Assembly: GCA_963714375.1 (NCBI GenBank)
Contig: CAVQOG010000003.1
Coordinates: 297,457-361,456, forward strand
DNA from: an uncultured Acidimicrobiia bacterium
Lineage (GTDB): Bacteria > Actinomycetota > Acidimicrobiia > Spongiisociales > UBA5794
Length of the DNA: 64,000 nucleotides
Direction: 5' to 3'
The stretch's first letter is position 1, and every line of letters begins with the position of its first letter. The notes under the pieces were generated by a model, which saw nothing but the letters and a program-made list of their open reading frames with translations, did no database searches and was not told where the DNA came from. Below, piece after piece: positions 49,206-58,703 of the stretch. Position numbers and translations under genes: made by a program.

Positions 49206-51779
49206 CTACGCGCCGATCTCAAGCGGCTGGTGAACATCCATTGGAAGTCTGGTTCTCCATTTTCCGTCGACCGCCTTGTACGCGGCTGCAACGGCGCCGG
49301 CTGTGGGGACAAGCCCTATCTCCCCTACACCCTTGATGCCGAACGGTGAACGGGGTTGGGGAACCTCTACAAGGATCACCTCGACATCCGGCATGTCCTT
49401 TGGACGGATGATGTTGAGTTGCCTCAGCGTCGAGAACATCGGCATCCCTTCGTCGTCTGCGGGGAACTCCTCGGAAAGCGCGTATCCGAGTCCCATGTGT
49501 ACAGCTCCTTCCACCTGACCAGCCGCAAGGATCGGATTGATCGCCCTTCCAACGTCGTGTGCGGCGATCACCTTTTCGATCTTTCCCGTATCGGGATCCG
49601 CAATGATGACTTGGCTCGCGTATCCGAATGCCGAGTGGATCGTCGGGTTGTCGAGGCCGTCGTTGATGCTGTTCGTCCAGTCCACGGTGTATGACCCGTG
49701 ATAGTCGACACCCGATTTACAGCCGTCGGCGAGTGCCGCCTTGCAAGCGTCCTCGGTCGAACCGGCCGCCATGAGTGTGCCGCGAGATCCGGTTGTCTGG
49801 CCGGCAGAGAGATCCCGTGTTGTGTCCACGACAACGGTGATCCGATCCGGATCGATTCCGAGTACATCAGCAGCGACCTGGAGAGCCACCGTGTGGACAC
49901 CCTGTCCCATTTCCGTCCATGCGTGCCGGACCTCTACCGTTCCATCCTCCTCGAACCGAACGACACCTTTGGCCACCTCAACGAAACCATTCCCAAGTCC
50001 TGAGTTCTTGATCGCGGCGCCGATGCCAACTGCTTTGCCAGCCTCCACTGCAGCGTCGTAGTGTGGCTTGACGGCATTGAGGCATTCGAGGATCCCGGCT
50101 GCTCCCTCGTCCATGATCTGACCCGGCCCCCACACACTCCCGGGTCTCGCGACATTCATAGCCCTGATCTCCCACGACGAGATGCCGACCTTTTCGGCGA
50201 GCCTGTCGATACAGCCCTCGGTTGCAAATTGCGCCTGATTGGCTCCAAATCCTCGGAACGCACCGCACACAGGATTGTTGGTGCGAACGGCGACAGCTCT
50301 CACATCGACGTTCTCGACGGCGTACGGGCCACATGCGTGGCCAGCCGCACGCTCAAGCACCTTCATCCCTACGGAGGCGTACGGACCCGAATCGCCGATC
50401 ATTCTGGCCTTTACAGCGGTGACTCGGCCGTTCTCATCACATCCCATCCACATCTCGGTACGGATCGGATGACGCTTTGCATGCATCCGGAACGATTCGG
50501 GTCTCGTGAAGGTGCATTTGACCGGTCGACCAAGGAGGTGGGCGGCAAGGGCGGTGTGACCCTGGTTCGACAGATCCTCCTTACCGCCGAATGCTCCTCC
50601 GTTGCTGACAAGCTCAACCGTGACCTTCGATGGATCAAGCCCGAGGATCGAGGCGATCTGATCGCGGTCATCCCACACGCCTTGACCACCTGAGTACACG
50701 TACAAAGATCCATCCTCAGATGGAACCGCAACGGTTGACTCCGGTTCGAGAAAGGCATGCTCGACCCGCTGGGTTTCGAATACCTCATGAACAACATGGG
50801 CAGCCGAAGCAAGGGCCGCTTCAGTGTCGCCACGTGAGTACACGCTCTCGGACAACGTATTTCCCTCGAGTGTCCACACCGCATCCTCATCCGAGGCAAG
50901 AGCAACGTCCGGGTCAGTAAACGGTGTGAGGACGCTGTACTCGATGTCGACAAGATCAGTTGCCGCTCGAGCCGTGAGCATGTCGACGGCCACGACAATC
51001 GCGAGCACGTCGCCTCGATACGACGTCCGCCCTCCTGCGGGAATCATGACGGGCCAGTCCTTGTAGATGATGCCGACCCGCAGTTCTCCTGGGATGTCGT
51101 CGCCGGTGAGCACCGAAACGACACCCGGGTGGGCAAGGGCTCGGGTCGGATCGATCGAGACAACGTCGGCTCGCGCATGATCGGCGAACCTCAGCGCTGC
51201 GTGGAGCATGCCCTCCATCTGGATATCGTCAACGAACCCGCGGTCACCGAGCGAGAGCTCGTTTGCTTCATATTTGACACCGTCGCCGCCGATCTTCCCC
51301 GATCGACCGCGGACAGGGATGGCATCACCTGAAGCAAGCAGCTCAACCGCTTCAACAATCTTCGTGTATCCCGTGCAGCGACAAAGATGGGCACCAAGCC
51401 TTCCCTCAATGGTTGCCCTATCAAGAGCGGTTCCCTTCTGATCGATCAACGCCTTGGTCCGGACGAGAATCCCAGGCGTGCAGAACCCACACTGAAGCGC
51501 ACCGGTGGCGGCGAAGGCGTTTGCATATCGAGCGCGGTCAGCTTCTGTGAAGCCTTCGAGGGTGACGATCGGCTTGTCTGCGACCTTGTCAAGCGACATG
51601 ACGCAACTAGCCATCGCCTTGCCATCGACCAACACGGTGCATGCACCGCATTGTCCAGACGGTGAACATCCGTCCTTGGGCGAGGTGATTCCTAGTCCGT
51701 CGCGGAGGGCGGAAAGGAGATGGGGATGGGCTTCATCTACTTCGCGGATCTCACCGTTTACGTTCAATGAGATGGTCAC
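49206..51779 (-). CDS. xanthine-dehydrogenase-family molybdenum hydroxylase with fused N-terminal [2Fe-2S] domain (XdhD-like)
   Basis: N-terminal CSPSGQCGACTV and CGFCTPG..CRCTGY 2Fe-2S motifs, followed by aldehyde-oxidase/XDH hammerhead and Mo-pterin domains (GGAFGGK, ending GVGE). Confidence 0.85.
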   Translation of the reverse strand: MTISLNVNGEIREVDEAHPHLLSALRDGLGITSPKDGCSPSGQCGACTVLVDGKAMASCVMSLDKVADKPIVTLEGFTEADRARYANAFAATGALQCGFCTPGILVRTKALIDQKGTALDRATIEGRLGAHLCRCTGYTKIVEAVELLASGDAIPVRGRSGKIGGDGVKYEANELSLGDRGFVDDIQMEGMLHAALRFADHARADVVSIDPTRALAHPGVVSVLTGDDIPGELRVGIIYKDWPVMIPAGGRTSYRGDVLAIVVAVDMLTARAATDLVDIEYSVLTPFTDPDVALASDEDAVWTLEGNTLSESVYSRGDTEAALASAAHVVHEVFETQRVEHAFLEPESTVAVPSEDGSLYVYSGGQGVWDDRDQIASILGLDPSKVTVELVSNGGAFGGKEDLSNQGHTALAAHLLGRPVKCTFTRPESFRMHAKRHPIRTEMWMGCDENGRVTAVKARMIGDSGPYASVGMKVLERAAGHACGPYAVENVDVRAVAVRTNNPVCGAFRGFGANQAQFATEGCIDRLAEKVGISSWEIRAMNVARPGSVWGPGQIMDEGAAGILECLNAVKPHYDAAVEAGKAVGIGAAIKNSGLGNGFVEVAKGVVRFEEDGTVEVRHAWTEMGQGVHTVALQVAADVLGIDPDRITVVVDTTRDLSAGQTTGSRGTLMAAGSTEDACKAALADGCKSGVDYHGSYTVDWTNSINDGLDNPTIHSAFGYASQVIIADPDTGKIEKVIAAHDVGRAINPILAAGQVEGAVHMGLGYALSEEFPADDEGMPMFSTLRQLNIIRPKDMPDVEVILVEVPQPRSPFGIKGVGEIGLVPTAGAVAAAYKAVDGKWRTRLPMDVHQPLEIGA

Positions 51780-52771
51780 GCGGTGCCGCCATCGTCGGCG
51801 ATCAGCCGGTAGTGCTGTGGGACCCGATATCGATTGAAGTCGAACACTGTGTTCTTGTAGAAGGAGCCAAAATCAAGGTCGAGGCGGGCAACTGCCACCT
51901 CATCGCCTGTTGTGATGCACCGGGCGACGACCTGGCCGGAAGGGGCATAGATCGCGCTTTGGGCGAGGGAATCCACACCTTCCTCAATCCCGCCCTTTGC
52001 AACACCCACGACATGCGTCCCGTTCTGGTAGGCACCCGAAGCCATGACGAGATCGTTGTGGAATCCGGCAAGGGCATTCTGCTGAGGATCAGGGTCATAG
52101 TGCAGCGGGGTGTTGTATCCGATGAGGATCAGCTCGACACCCTTGATTCCCATGACGCGATACGTCTCTGGCCAGCGTCGATCGTTGCAGATCGCCATGC
52201 CGACCCGCCCGCCAAAGGCGTCCCACACATCGAATCCATCAGGGCCCGATTCAAAGTAGTGACGTTCGGCATGCTGAAACGGACGCCCGGGCTCGTTCTT
52301 CTCGTGGCCGGGAACGTGAACCTTTCGATACTTGCCGACCGTGGTCCCGTCCCTCTCGACGAGGATCTGCGTGTTGTAGCGGTGACGTGTTCCATCGTCA
52401 CCGACAACAAGTTCGGCATATCCGAGTGAAAACCCGACACCAAGTTCCTTGGCTCGGTCGAACAGCGGTTGGGTCGCGGGGTTGGGCATATCGGTTTCGA
52501 ACCAGAACTCGATCTCGTCGATGTCGTCGGTGAACCAGCGCGGGAAGAACGTTGTAAGCGCCAGCTCGGGAAACACAACGAGCTCGCATCCGCGCGCAGC
52601 AGCGTCTTCAAGAAGGGTGATGAGACGTATAACGCATTCAGCCCTCGATTCGTCCCTGCGAATAGGGCCCATCTGAGCCGCACCGACGGTGAGATACCGT
52701 GCCAAAAGTCTCGATCCTGACTGCGTGTTGTGTACCGGCTGATTCTTGTCTACTGCTTTACATTTTGTCAA
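51776..52771 (-). CDS. carbon-nitrogen hydrolase (nitrilase superfamily; N-carbamoyl-amino-acid amidohydrolase-like)
   Basis: Catalytic E-K-C triad context (VVFPELALTTFFPRW, RKVHV, MAICNDRRWPE). True start probably downstream of the TTG at 52771. Confidence 0.8.
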   Translation of the reverse strand: MTKCKAVDKNQPVHNTQSGSRLLARYLTVGAAQMGPIRRDESRAECVIRLITLLEDAAARGCELVVFPELALTTFFPRWFTDDIDEIEFWFETDMPNPATQPLFDRAKELGVGFSLGYAELVVGDDGTRHRYNTQILVERDGTTVGKYRKVHVPGHEKNEPGRPFQHAERHYFESGPDGFDVWDAFGGRVGMAICNDRRWPETYRVMGIKGVELILIGYNTPLHYDPDPQQNALAGFHNDLVMASGAYQNGTHVVGVAKGGIEEGVDSLAQSAIYAPSGQVVARCITTGDEVAVARLDLDFGSFYKNTVFDFNRYRVPQHYRLIADDGGTA

Positions 52772-52795
52772 ATCTGTTTTGACATTTTGTCAAAA
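52761..52795. promoter_or_regulatory. AT-rich operator: direct repeat CATTTTGTCAAA x2 and perfect palindrome TTTTGACA-ttt-TGTCAAAA
   Basis: Only AT-rich island in the locus. Sits in the divergent promoter between the two nitrilase-family genes. Confidence 0.55.
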
Positions 52796-52835
52796 TGAGC
52801 GGTAGTGTCGACGCAGGATCCAGAGGAGGAACGCC

Positions 52836-53678
52836 ATGTCAGACACGCTTCGCGCCGCACTTGTTCAGGCCGCATGGACTGGCGACTACGACTCAATGCT
52901 CGCAACCAATATCGAGTACGCCCATGAGGCGGCAAACGAGGGTGCGAGGGTTGTCTGCTTCCAAGAAATATTCACGGGCCCATACTTCTGCAACGTCCAG
53001 GATCCGCGTTTCTACGACCTCGCTGAGGAGATCCCCCACGGCCCAACCGTGACCGCTATGAAACGGGTTGCGGCCGAGACGGGCATGGTGATGGTGGTTC
53101 CGATCTATGAGAAGGTTGACGAAGGAACGTTCTACAACACCGCAGCTGTGATCGATGCAAACGGAGAAATGCTCGGTATCTATCGCAAGACTCACATTCC
53201 CCAGGTCGAGGGTTTCTGGGAGAAGTTCTACTTCCGACCCGGAAACCTTGGCTATCCCGTGTTCGATACAGCAGTGGGTCGGATCGGCGTTTACATCTGT
53301 TACGACCGTCACTTCCCGGAGGGCTGGCGGGAACTTGGGCTCAAGGGCGCAAAACTTGTCTTCAATCCAAGCGCCACGACGCGAGGGCACTCCAAGTACC
53401 TGTGGGAGCTGGAACAGCCTGCGGCCGCTGTTGCAAACCAGTACTTCGTTGGGGCGATCAATCGGGTTGGGGCAGAGGACCTTGAGGACACGGACTACTA
53501 CGGGTCATCATATTTCGTTGACCCGCGGGGAAAGATTGTTGGTGGTACAGCATCGGACACATCGGACGAGGTTGTCGTCCGTGATCTCGACATGGCTGAG
53601 ATCGAGGCCGCCCGGCGCCATTGGGCGTTCTACCGCGACCGACGACCAGAGGTCTACGAGGGAATCGCAAAGTCGTGA
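52836..53678 (+). CDS. carbon-nitrogen hydrolase (nitrilase superfamily; beta-ureidopropionase/N-carbamoylputrescine amidase-like)
   Basis: E-K-C triad motifs (VVCFQEIF, YRKTHIP, VYICYDRHFPE). GGAGG box before the ATG. Confidence 0.85.
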   Translation: MSDTLRAALVQAAWTGDYDSMLATNIEYAHEAANEGARVVCFQEIFTGPYFCNVQDPRFYDLAEEIPHGPTVTAMKRVAAETGMVMVVPIYEKVDEGTFYNTAAVIDANGEMLGIYRKTHIPQVEGFWEKFYFRPGNLGYPVFDTAVGRIGVYICYDRHFPEGWRELGLKGAKLVFNPSATTRGHSKYLWELEQPAAAVANQYFVGAINRVGAEDLEDTDYYGSSYFVDPRGKIVGGTASDTSDEVVVRDLDMAEIEAARRHWAFYRDRRPEVYEGIAKS

Positions 53679-53914
53679 CCACTTGCCGCGTCGAGTTCGT
53701 TATCGAACCGTTTGCAGACGGCGAGCCAGGCTCTCACGTGCGTGCGGGAATCACGGCAATGGAGTCACAGGGACTCACCGTGATCATGGGGCCATTCGGG
53801 TCTTTGGTCGAAGGATCGACCGAAGACGTTTCGGGCGCCATCTCCTCGATGGTGCAGGCCGCCATCGCCGACGGTGCAAACCGAGTCCTTGTCGAGGTGA
53901 CCGCTCAGCCATGA
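53676..53914 (+). CDS. YkoF/MTH1187 (DUF77) family small protein
   Basis: GTG start overlapping the upstream stop (GTGA). About 80-aa ACT-like fold pattern VEFVIEP...GPFGSLVEGSTEDV. Confidence 0.5.
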
Positions 53915-54276
53915 CTTCCAGCGAACGGAATCTCGCCAAAGCCATCGAACCTCTCATCAATGCCATTGGAGCCGCCGTGTTGTCAACGGACGAGATCAAG
54001 AAGGGTGATATCACGCTTGAGTGGAATGGGAAGCCAGCGATTGGGGTGCGACTCGATGAGATCGTTTCGCTCGACAGACTGATTGCCACCGTTGAGCAGC
54101 AGCTCGGGTCACCGCTGAAGGATCTCGATCGGGCGGACAAGCAACGTGCAGTTCGCATACTGGACGAGCGAGGCGCTTTTCAACTCCGGCGATCGATCGA
54201 AGACGTCGGTGAAGCGATGGGTGTCAGTCGAATCACGATCTACAACTACCTGAGCGCCATCAAGGACGGTGCATGA
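53911..54276 (+). CDS. small HTH transcriptional regulator
   Basis: C-terminal helix-turn-helix IEDVGEAMGVSRITIYNYLSAI. ATGA overlap with DUF77. Confidence 0.5.
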   Translation: MTSSERNLAKAIEPLINAIGAAVLSTDEIKKGDITLEWNGKPAIGVRLDEIVSLDRLIATVEQQLGSPLKDLDRADKQRAVRILDERGAFQLRRSIEDVGEAMGVSRITIYNYLSAIKDGA

Positions 54277-54866
54277 TGGCTGGCCTGTCGTTCACCATGA
54301 CGCTTCCTGACTGGGTCCGGTCGGTGATCGACTTCGATCAGATCTACGAGACGGACGCTGACAAGATGGATCTCGCCAACGCACTCGCAATGGGCAATGT
54401 CGCTCATCAAACCGGTGGACCCTTTGGAGCAGCCATCTTCGAGGAGTCCACACATCGGCTGATCGCCCCCGGTGTCAACCTGGTCGTGCCACAGGCGAAC
54501 CCGACAGCCCATGCCGAGATCGTCGCGATGGGTCTCGCTGGATCGCTTCTCGGTCGATACGACTTGGGAGACGACGGTGCACGACCAGCGGTGCTTGCGT
54601 CAAGCGTCGAACCATGCGCGATGTGTTTGGGCGCTGTTCCGTGGAGTGGCGTGTCGAGATTGATCATCGGGGCAAGGGACGCAGATGCGCGCAATGTCGG
54701 ATTTGACGAAGGTGACAAACCGGCCGATTGGATTGCCTCGCTTGAAGCCCGGGGGATCACAGTCATACAGGATGTCCAGCGCCAACACTCAGTGCTGGTT
54801 CTGAACTCATATCTCAGCTCGGGTGGCGAGATCTACAACACGGACGGAGGGCCAAACGATGCATGA
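54273..54866 (+). CDS. CDA-fold nucleoside/nucleobase deaminase (CMP/dCMP-deaminase zinc-binding family; guanine-deaminase-like)
   Basis: HAE and PCAMC zinc-ligand motifs (TAHAEIVA...EPCAMCLGA). Confidence 0.75.
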   Translation: MMAGLSFTMTLPDWVRSVIDFDQIYETDADKMDLANALAMGNVAHQTGGPFGAAIFEESTHRLIAPGVNLVVPQANPTAHAEIVAMGLAGSLLGRYDLGDDGARPAVLASSVEPCAMCLGAVPWSGVSRLIIGARDADARNVGFDEGDKPADWIASLEARGITVIQDVQRQHSVLVLNSYLSSGGEIYNTDGGPNDA

Positions 54867-56301
54867 GGTGCAGGACAGGTCGTGGAGTGTCGAACGATAC
54901 GAGCGCCCCGCAACCCTCGATGCCGCACTCGACCTGGTGAATACGCACCGGTCAGACGCCCGAATCCTCGCAGGGGGCACGGATCTTCTCCTCGAGATGC
55001 AGCGAAAGGTTCGCTCCGTGGATGTCCTTGTCGATCTTTCGGCCATTGACGGGCTTGGGGACATCATTCTCGACTCCGGCACGGTGTCTCTTGGGCCACT
55101 CGTGACCCACAAGAATGTTGTTGCGTCCGATCTGATCCGCTCGGTCGGCCTCCCGCTTGCCCAAGCATCCCATGAGGTCGGTTCGGCACAGCTTCGGAAC
55201 CGGGCAACGGTTGTTGGGAACATCGTCACCGCTTCACCCGCGAACGACACCATTTCAGCGCTGCTTGCGCTGGACGCCTCCCTCACCCTCGCTTCCGTCG
55301 ACGGTCAGCGCACCGTTGCACTCTCGGACTTCTACGAGGGGGTTCGCAGGACGGCGATGACGGACAACGAGATCGTGACAGGCATTTCATTTCCTGCGAT
55401 GACTGCAGCAGAAGCCGGAATTTTCGCAAAGGTTGGCCTCCGCTCCGCGCAAGCGATCTCCGTCGTCCACGGATCCATTCTCTTGTCACGAGACAATGGC
55501 GTCGTAACTTCGGCTCGAATTTCACTGGGAAGCGTCGCACCAGTGGTCGTACTAGCCGAAGCCGCTGAAATGCTCGTCGGAAACAACCTGTCGGACGAGA
55601 TGATCACTCAATGCGCTTTGGCGTGTGCAGCCGAAGTCAGACCGATCTCGGACGGAAGGGCAACCGCCGAATACCGCACTGCAATGGTTGAAGTCGCAGT
55701 TGCACGCATGCTTCGGTCACTGAAGGACGGGACCGAGGCGACCGAGTGGCCAGCGCGGGTCACGACACTCGACAACAGCAGCGTCAAACACCAATACGAC
55801 CCTGTCTCCGTCGGATCCGCAGATGGCGTGACCATGGTGATCAACGGCGTCATCACCACGGGCCCCGGGCGGTGCAACACCACGCTCCTCGATTGGATCA
55901 GAGAGAATGCCACCGACGCGGACGGTTTGGGGCTAACCGGAACGAAGGAGGGATGCGCCGAGGGCGAGTGTGGCGCATGCACCGTCCACATGGATGGAAG
56001 AGCAGTGCTCGCCTGCCTCGTCGCCGCACCGGCAGCTCATGGAAGTGATGTCACCACCATCGAAGGTCTCACATCTGCACCGGACCGAACCATGCAGGAG
56101 GCACTCGTCGACTTCGGAGCAGTCCAGTGCGGGTATTGCACACCAGGGTTCGTCATGTGCGCCTCATCGTTGTTGAGTGAGCATGAGGACCTCTCGACAC
56201 ACGAGATTCGTGACGGTCTCAGCGGCAACATCTGTCGCTGCACCGGGTACGACTCAATCGTCGCAGCGGTCCAGATTTCGGACGTGGAGCGGCGCCGATG
56301 A
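54859..56301 (+). CDS. molybdenum-hydroxylase FAD-binding subunit fused C-terminally to [2Fe-2S] subunit (CoxM-CoxS order)
   Basis: N-terminal FAD-binding PCMH domain (ILAGGTDLL), CO-dehydrogenase flavoprotein C-terminal domain, then CAEGECGACTV...CGYCTPGF...CRCTGY. Confidence 0.85.
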   Translation: MHEVQDRSWSVERYERPATLDAALDLVNTHRSDARILAGGTDLLLEMQRKVRSVDVLVDLSAIDGLGDIILDSGTVSLGPLVTHKNVVASDLIRSVGLPLAQASHEVGSAQLRNRATVVGNIVTASPANDTISALLALDASLTLASVDGQRTVALSDFYEGVRRTAMTDNEIVTGISFPAMTAAEAGIFAKVGLRSAQAISVVHGSILLSRDNGVVTSARISLGSVAPVVVLAEAAEMLVGNNLSDEMITQCALACAAEVRPISDGRATAEYRTAMVEVAVARMLRSLKDGTEATEWPARVTTLDNSSVKHQYDPVSVGSADGVTMVINGVITTGPGRCNTTLLDWIRENATDADGLGLTGTKEGCAEGECGACTVHMDGRAVLACLVAAPAAHGSDVTTIEGLTSAPDRTMQEALVDFGAVQCGYCTPGFVMCASSLLSEHEDLSTHEIRDGLSGNICRCTGYDSIVAAVQISDVERRR

Positions 56302-56310
56302 GATTTCGAA

Positions 56311-56395
56311 ACACACACGTCGGAGTCTCGAGCCCGCAAGCCCCGTCCTCCAGTAGGGACGGGCGAGCAGAGCGGGCCAGGGGGGCACACTCGAT
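56311..56395. repeat. family-B GC-rich repeat
   Basis: ACGTCGGAGTCTCGAGCCCGCAAGCCCCGTCCTCCAGTAGGGACGGG...GGGGGG. Intergenic between the two XDH subunit genes. Confidence 0.5.
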
Positions 56396-58634
56396 ATGAC
56401 GATTGGGACCAATGCTCGAAGGATCGACTCGTACGACAAGGTCACGGGGGCTGCGCTCTATCCGGGAGACCTACCGGCCGAAAACGCGCTCTCTGCGAAA
56501 GTTGTCTTCTCGAATCGACCGCACGCCAGAATGATCTCGATGGACACGGCTCCGGCCCTCGCGGTTGATGGCGTCGTCGAGGTTGTTACTGCCGCTGACA
56601 TTCCACTCAACGAATACGGCCTAACCATGCCCGATCAGCCGGTCCTCATCGGTGTAGATGGAACGGGAACATCCCATGTCCCATCCAACATTTCAAGATG
56701 GGAAGCCGATCAGGTCGCCATTGTCATCGCGGAGACCGGGCATGCGGCGCTCGCCGGGGCGAAGGCCCTCGCAATCGAGTGGGAGGACCTTCCACTCGTA
56801 CCAGATCTAACAGCTGCGCGGACCGATGAGATCCTCGTCCACCCAGAAAACCCTGGCAAAACGAACGCTTACTACACGCTGAGGATCCGGAAGGGCGACA
56901 TGAAATCCGGCTGGGACGCAGCCGACATCGTGGTCGAGGGCACCTATCACCTCCCCCATCAGGAGCACGCTTATCTCCAACCTGAGGCGGGCCTGGCGTA
57001 CGTCGAAGACGACGGAGTCGTCACCGTCCAGATCGCGGGTCAATGGACCCATGAGGACCGCGAACAGATCGCACATGCCCTTGAGCTGCCCGAGCAGATG
57101 GTCCGCGTTGTCTACCCGGCAATCGGTGGAGCGTTTGGCGGTCGAGAGGACATGAGCCTCCAAATTGTGTTGGCCGCTGCGGCCCTCAAGCTTCACAGAA
57201 GAGGCATCAATCGTCCCGTGCGTACCGTGTGGAACCGTGAAGAGAGCATCGTCGGGCACCACAAGCGGCATCGCGCTCGAGATCACGACGCGGTGGGGGG
57301 CCAGGAGCGACGGACGCATTGTGGCGGTAGAGGCCGAGGCTTTTCTCGATGCCGGTGCCTACAACTACACGTCGAACAAGGTACTTGCCAACCTCCACCT
57401 CACGTTGACGGGCCCCTACAAGATCGACAACGCTCACATCGACTCCAGCGCCGTTTACACACATTCGGTTCCCGGCGGAGCATTCCGCGGCTTCGGCGGT
57501 CCTCAGGGCTCGTTCGTATCCGAGGGGCAGATGAACAAGGTGGCAGACGCATTGGGTATGGATCCAATCGAGATCCGAAGAGTCAACCTGCTCCACGACG
57601 GGGATGATTTCATCACACAGAGGCCGATGCCCGAAGGGGTGAGCATTGAGACTGTCATCGACGAACTCTCCGAGGCATCTGAGTGGAATCAACAACACCC
57701 GATCGATGTAGCCGTGGCGGCGATAAAGACGCTTGGTTCCAATCATTCGGCGATCAGAACCGGTAGAGGGATGGCGTGTGCACTCAAGAATGTCGGGTTT
57801 TCAATGGGCTTTCCCGAACGATGCGAGGCGACAGTCACCCTATATGGAGATGACAAGGTCGAATCTGCCCACCTCTCTCACGCTGGAGCCGATGTCGGTC
57901 AGGGCGCACACACTGCGTTTCTCCAGATGACAGCAGAGGCGGTTGATCTTCCCTTCGAGAAGGTGACGGGATCGTTCTCCGATACCGCAACAAGCGGGGA
58001 CTCCGGTTCGGCGTCGGCGTCGCGGCTTACGTTCATGGCCGGGAACTCCATCCAAGGCGCGACCGAAGAGGCCATCAAGGCGTGGATCGACGGGGACCGA
58101 CCAGCGCTCGGCCATTTCCGCTATGTCCCGCCACCGACCGATGCCATCGACCCAGAAACTGGCGAGGGAAATCCCAACGTCACCCTCGGGTATGTGGCTG
58201 AAATCGTCGAGGTCGCGGTCGACATCGAGACGGGCCACGTGCGCGTCGGGACGGTCTACTGCGCGGTCGACGTCGGAAAGGCCATCAACCCAACACTCAT
58301 TCGCGGACAGGTTGAAGGAGCCATCGTCCAGGCCCACGGCTACGCGCTTTCAGAACACCTGCGTGTCAGCAACGGGCGGACCGAGAACCCAACCTTCTCC
58401 GGATATCTGGTGCCCGGCAGCATGGATACGCCGGATCGCATTGAGACGGTCATCGTCGAGGTTGCCGATCCAGCCGGGCCATGGGGGGCGCGCGGCATGG
58501 CGGAAATGCCATTCATCCCGTATGCACCGGCTGTCGTTGCAGCACTTCACGACGCAACCGGTGTGTGGTTCGACGAGATTCCACTGACGCCTGACCGTGT
58601 CCTCGCAAAACTCAGAGCAGCCGGCGGAGCATAA
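56396..58634 (+). CDS. molybdenum-hydroxylase large (Mo-pterin) subunit; frame disrupted near 57270-57295
   Basis: ORF 56396..57607 is homologous up to ESIVGHHKRH. The -1 frame ORF 57165..58634 is homologous from ALEITTRWGARSDG onward. Together about 745 aa. Confidence 0.75.
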
Positions 58635-58703
58635 CCGGCAATGCCGACGACGGCCGATGTAGCGGAACTCGCCGGACCCCTCGCAGGTCGATAGGGTTGG
58701 GGC

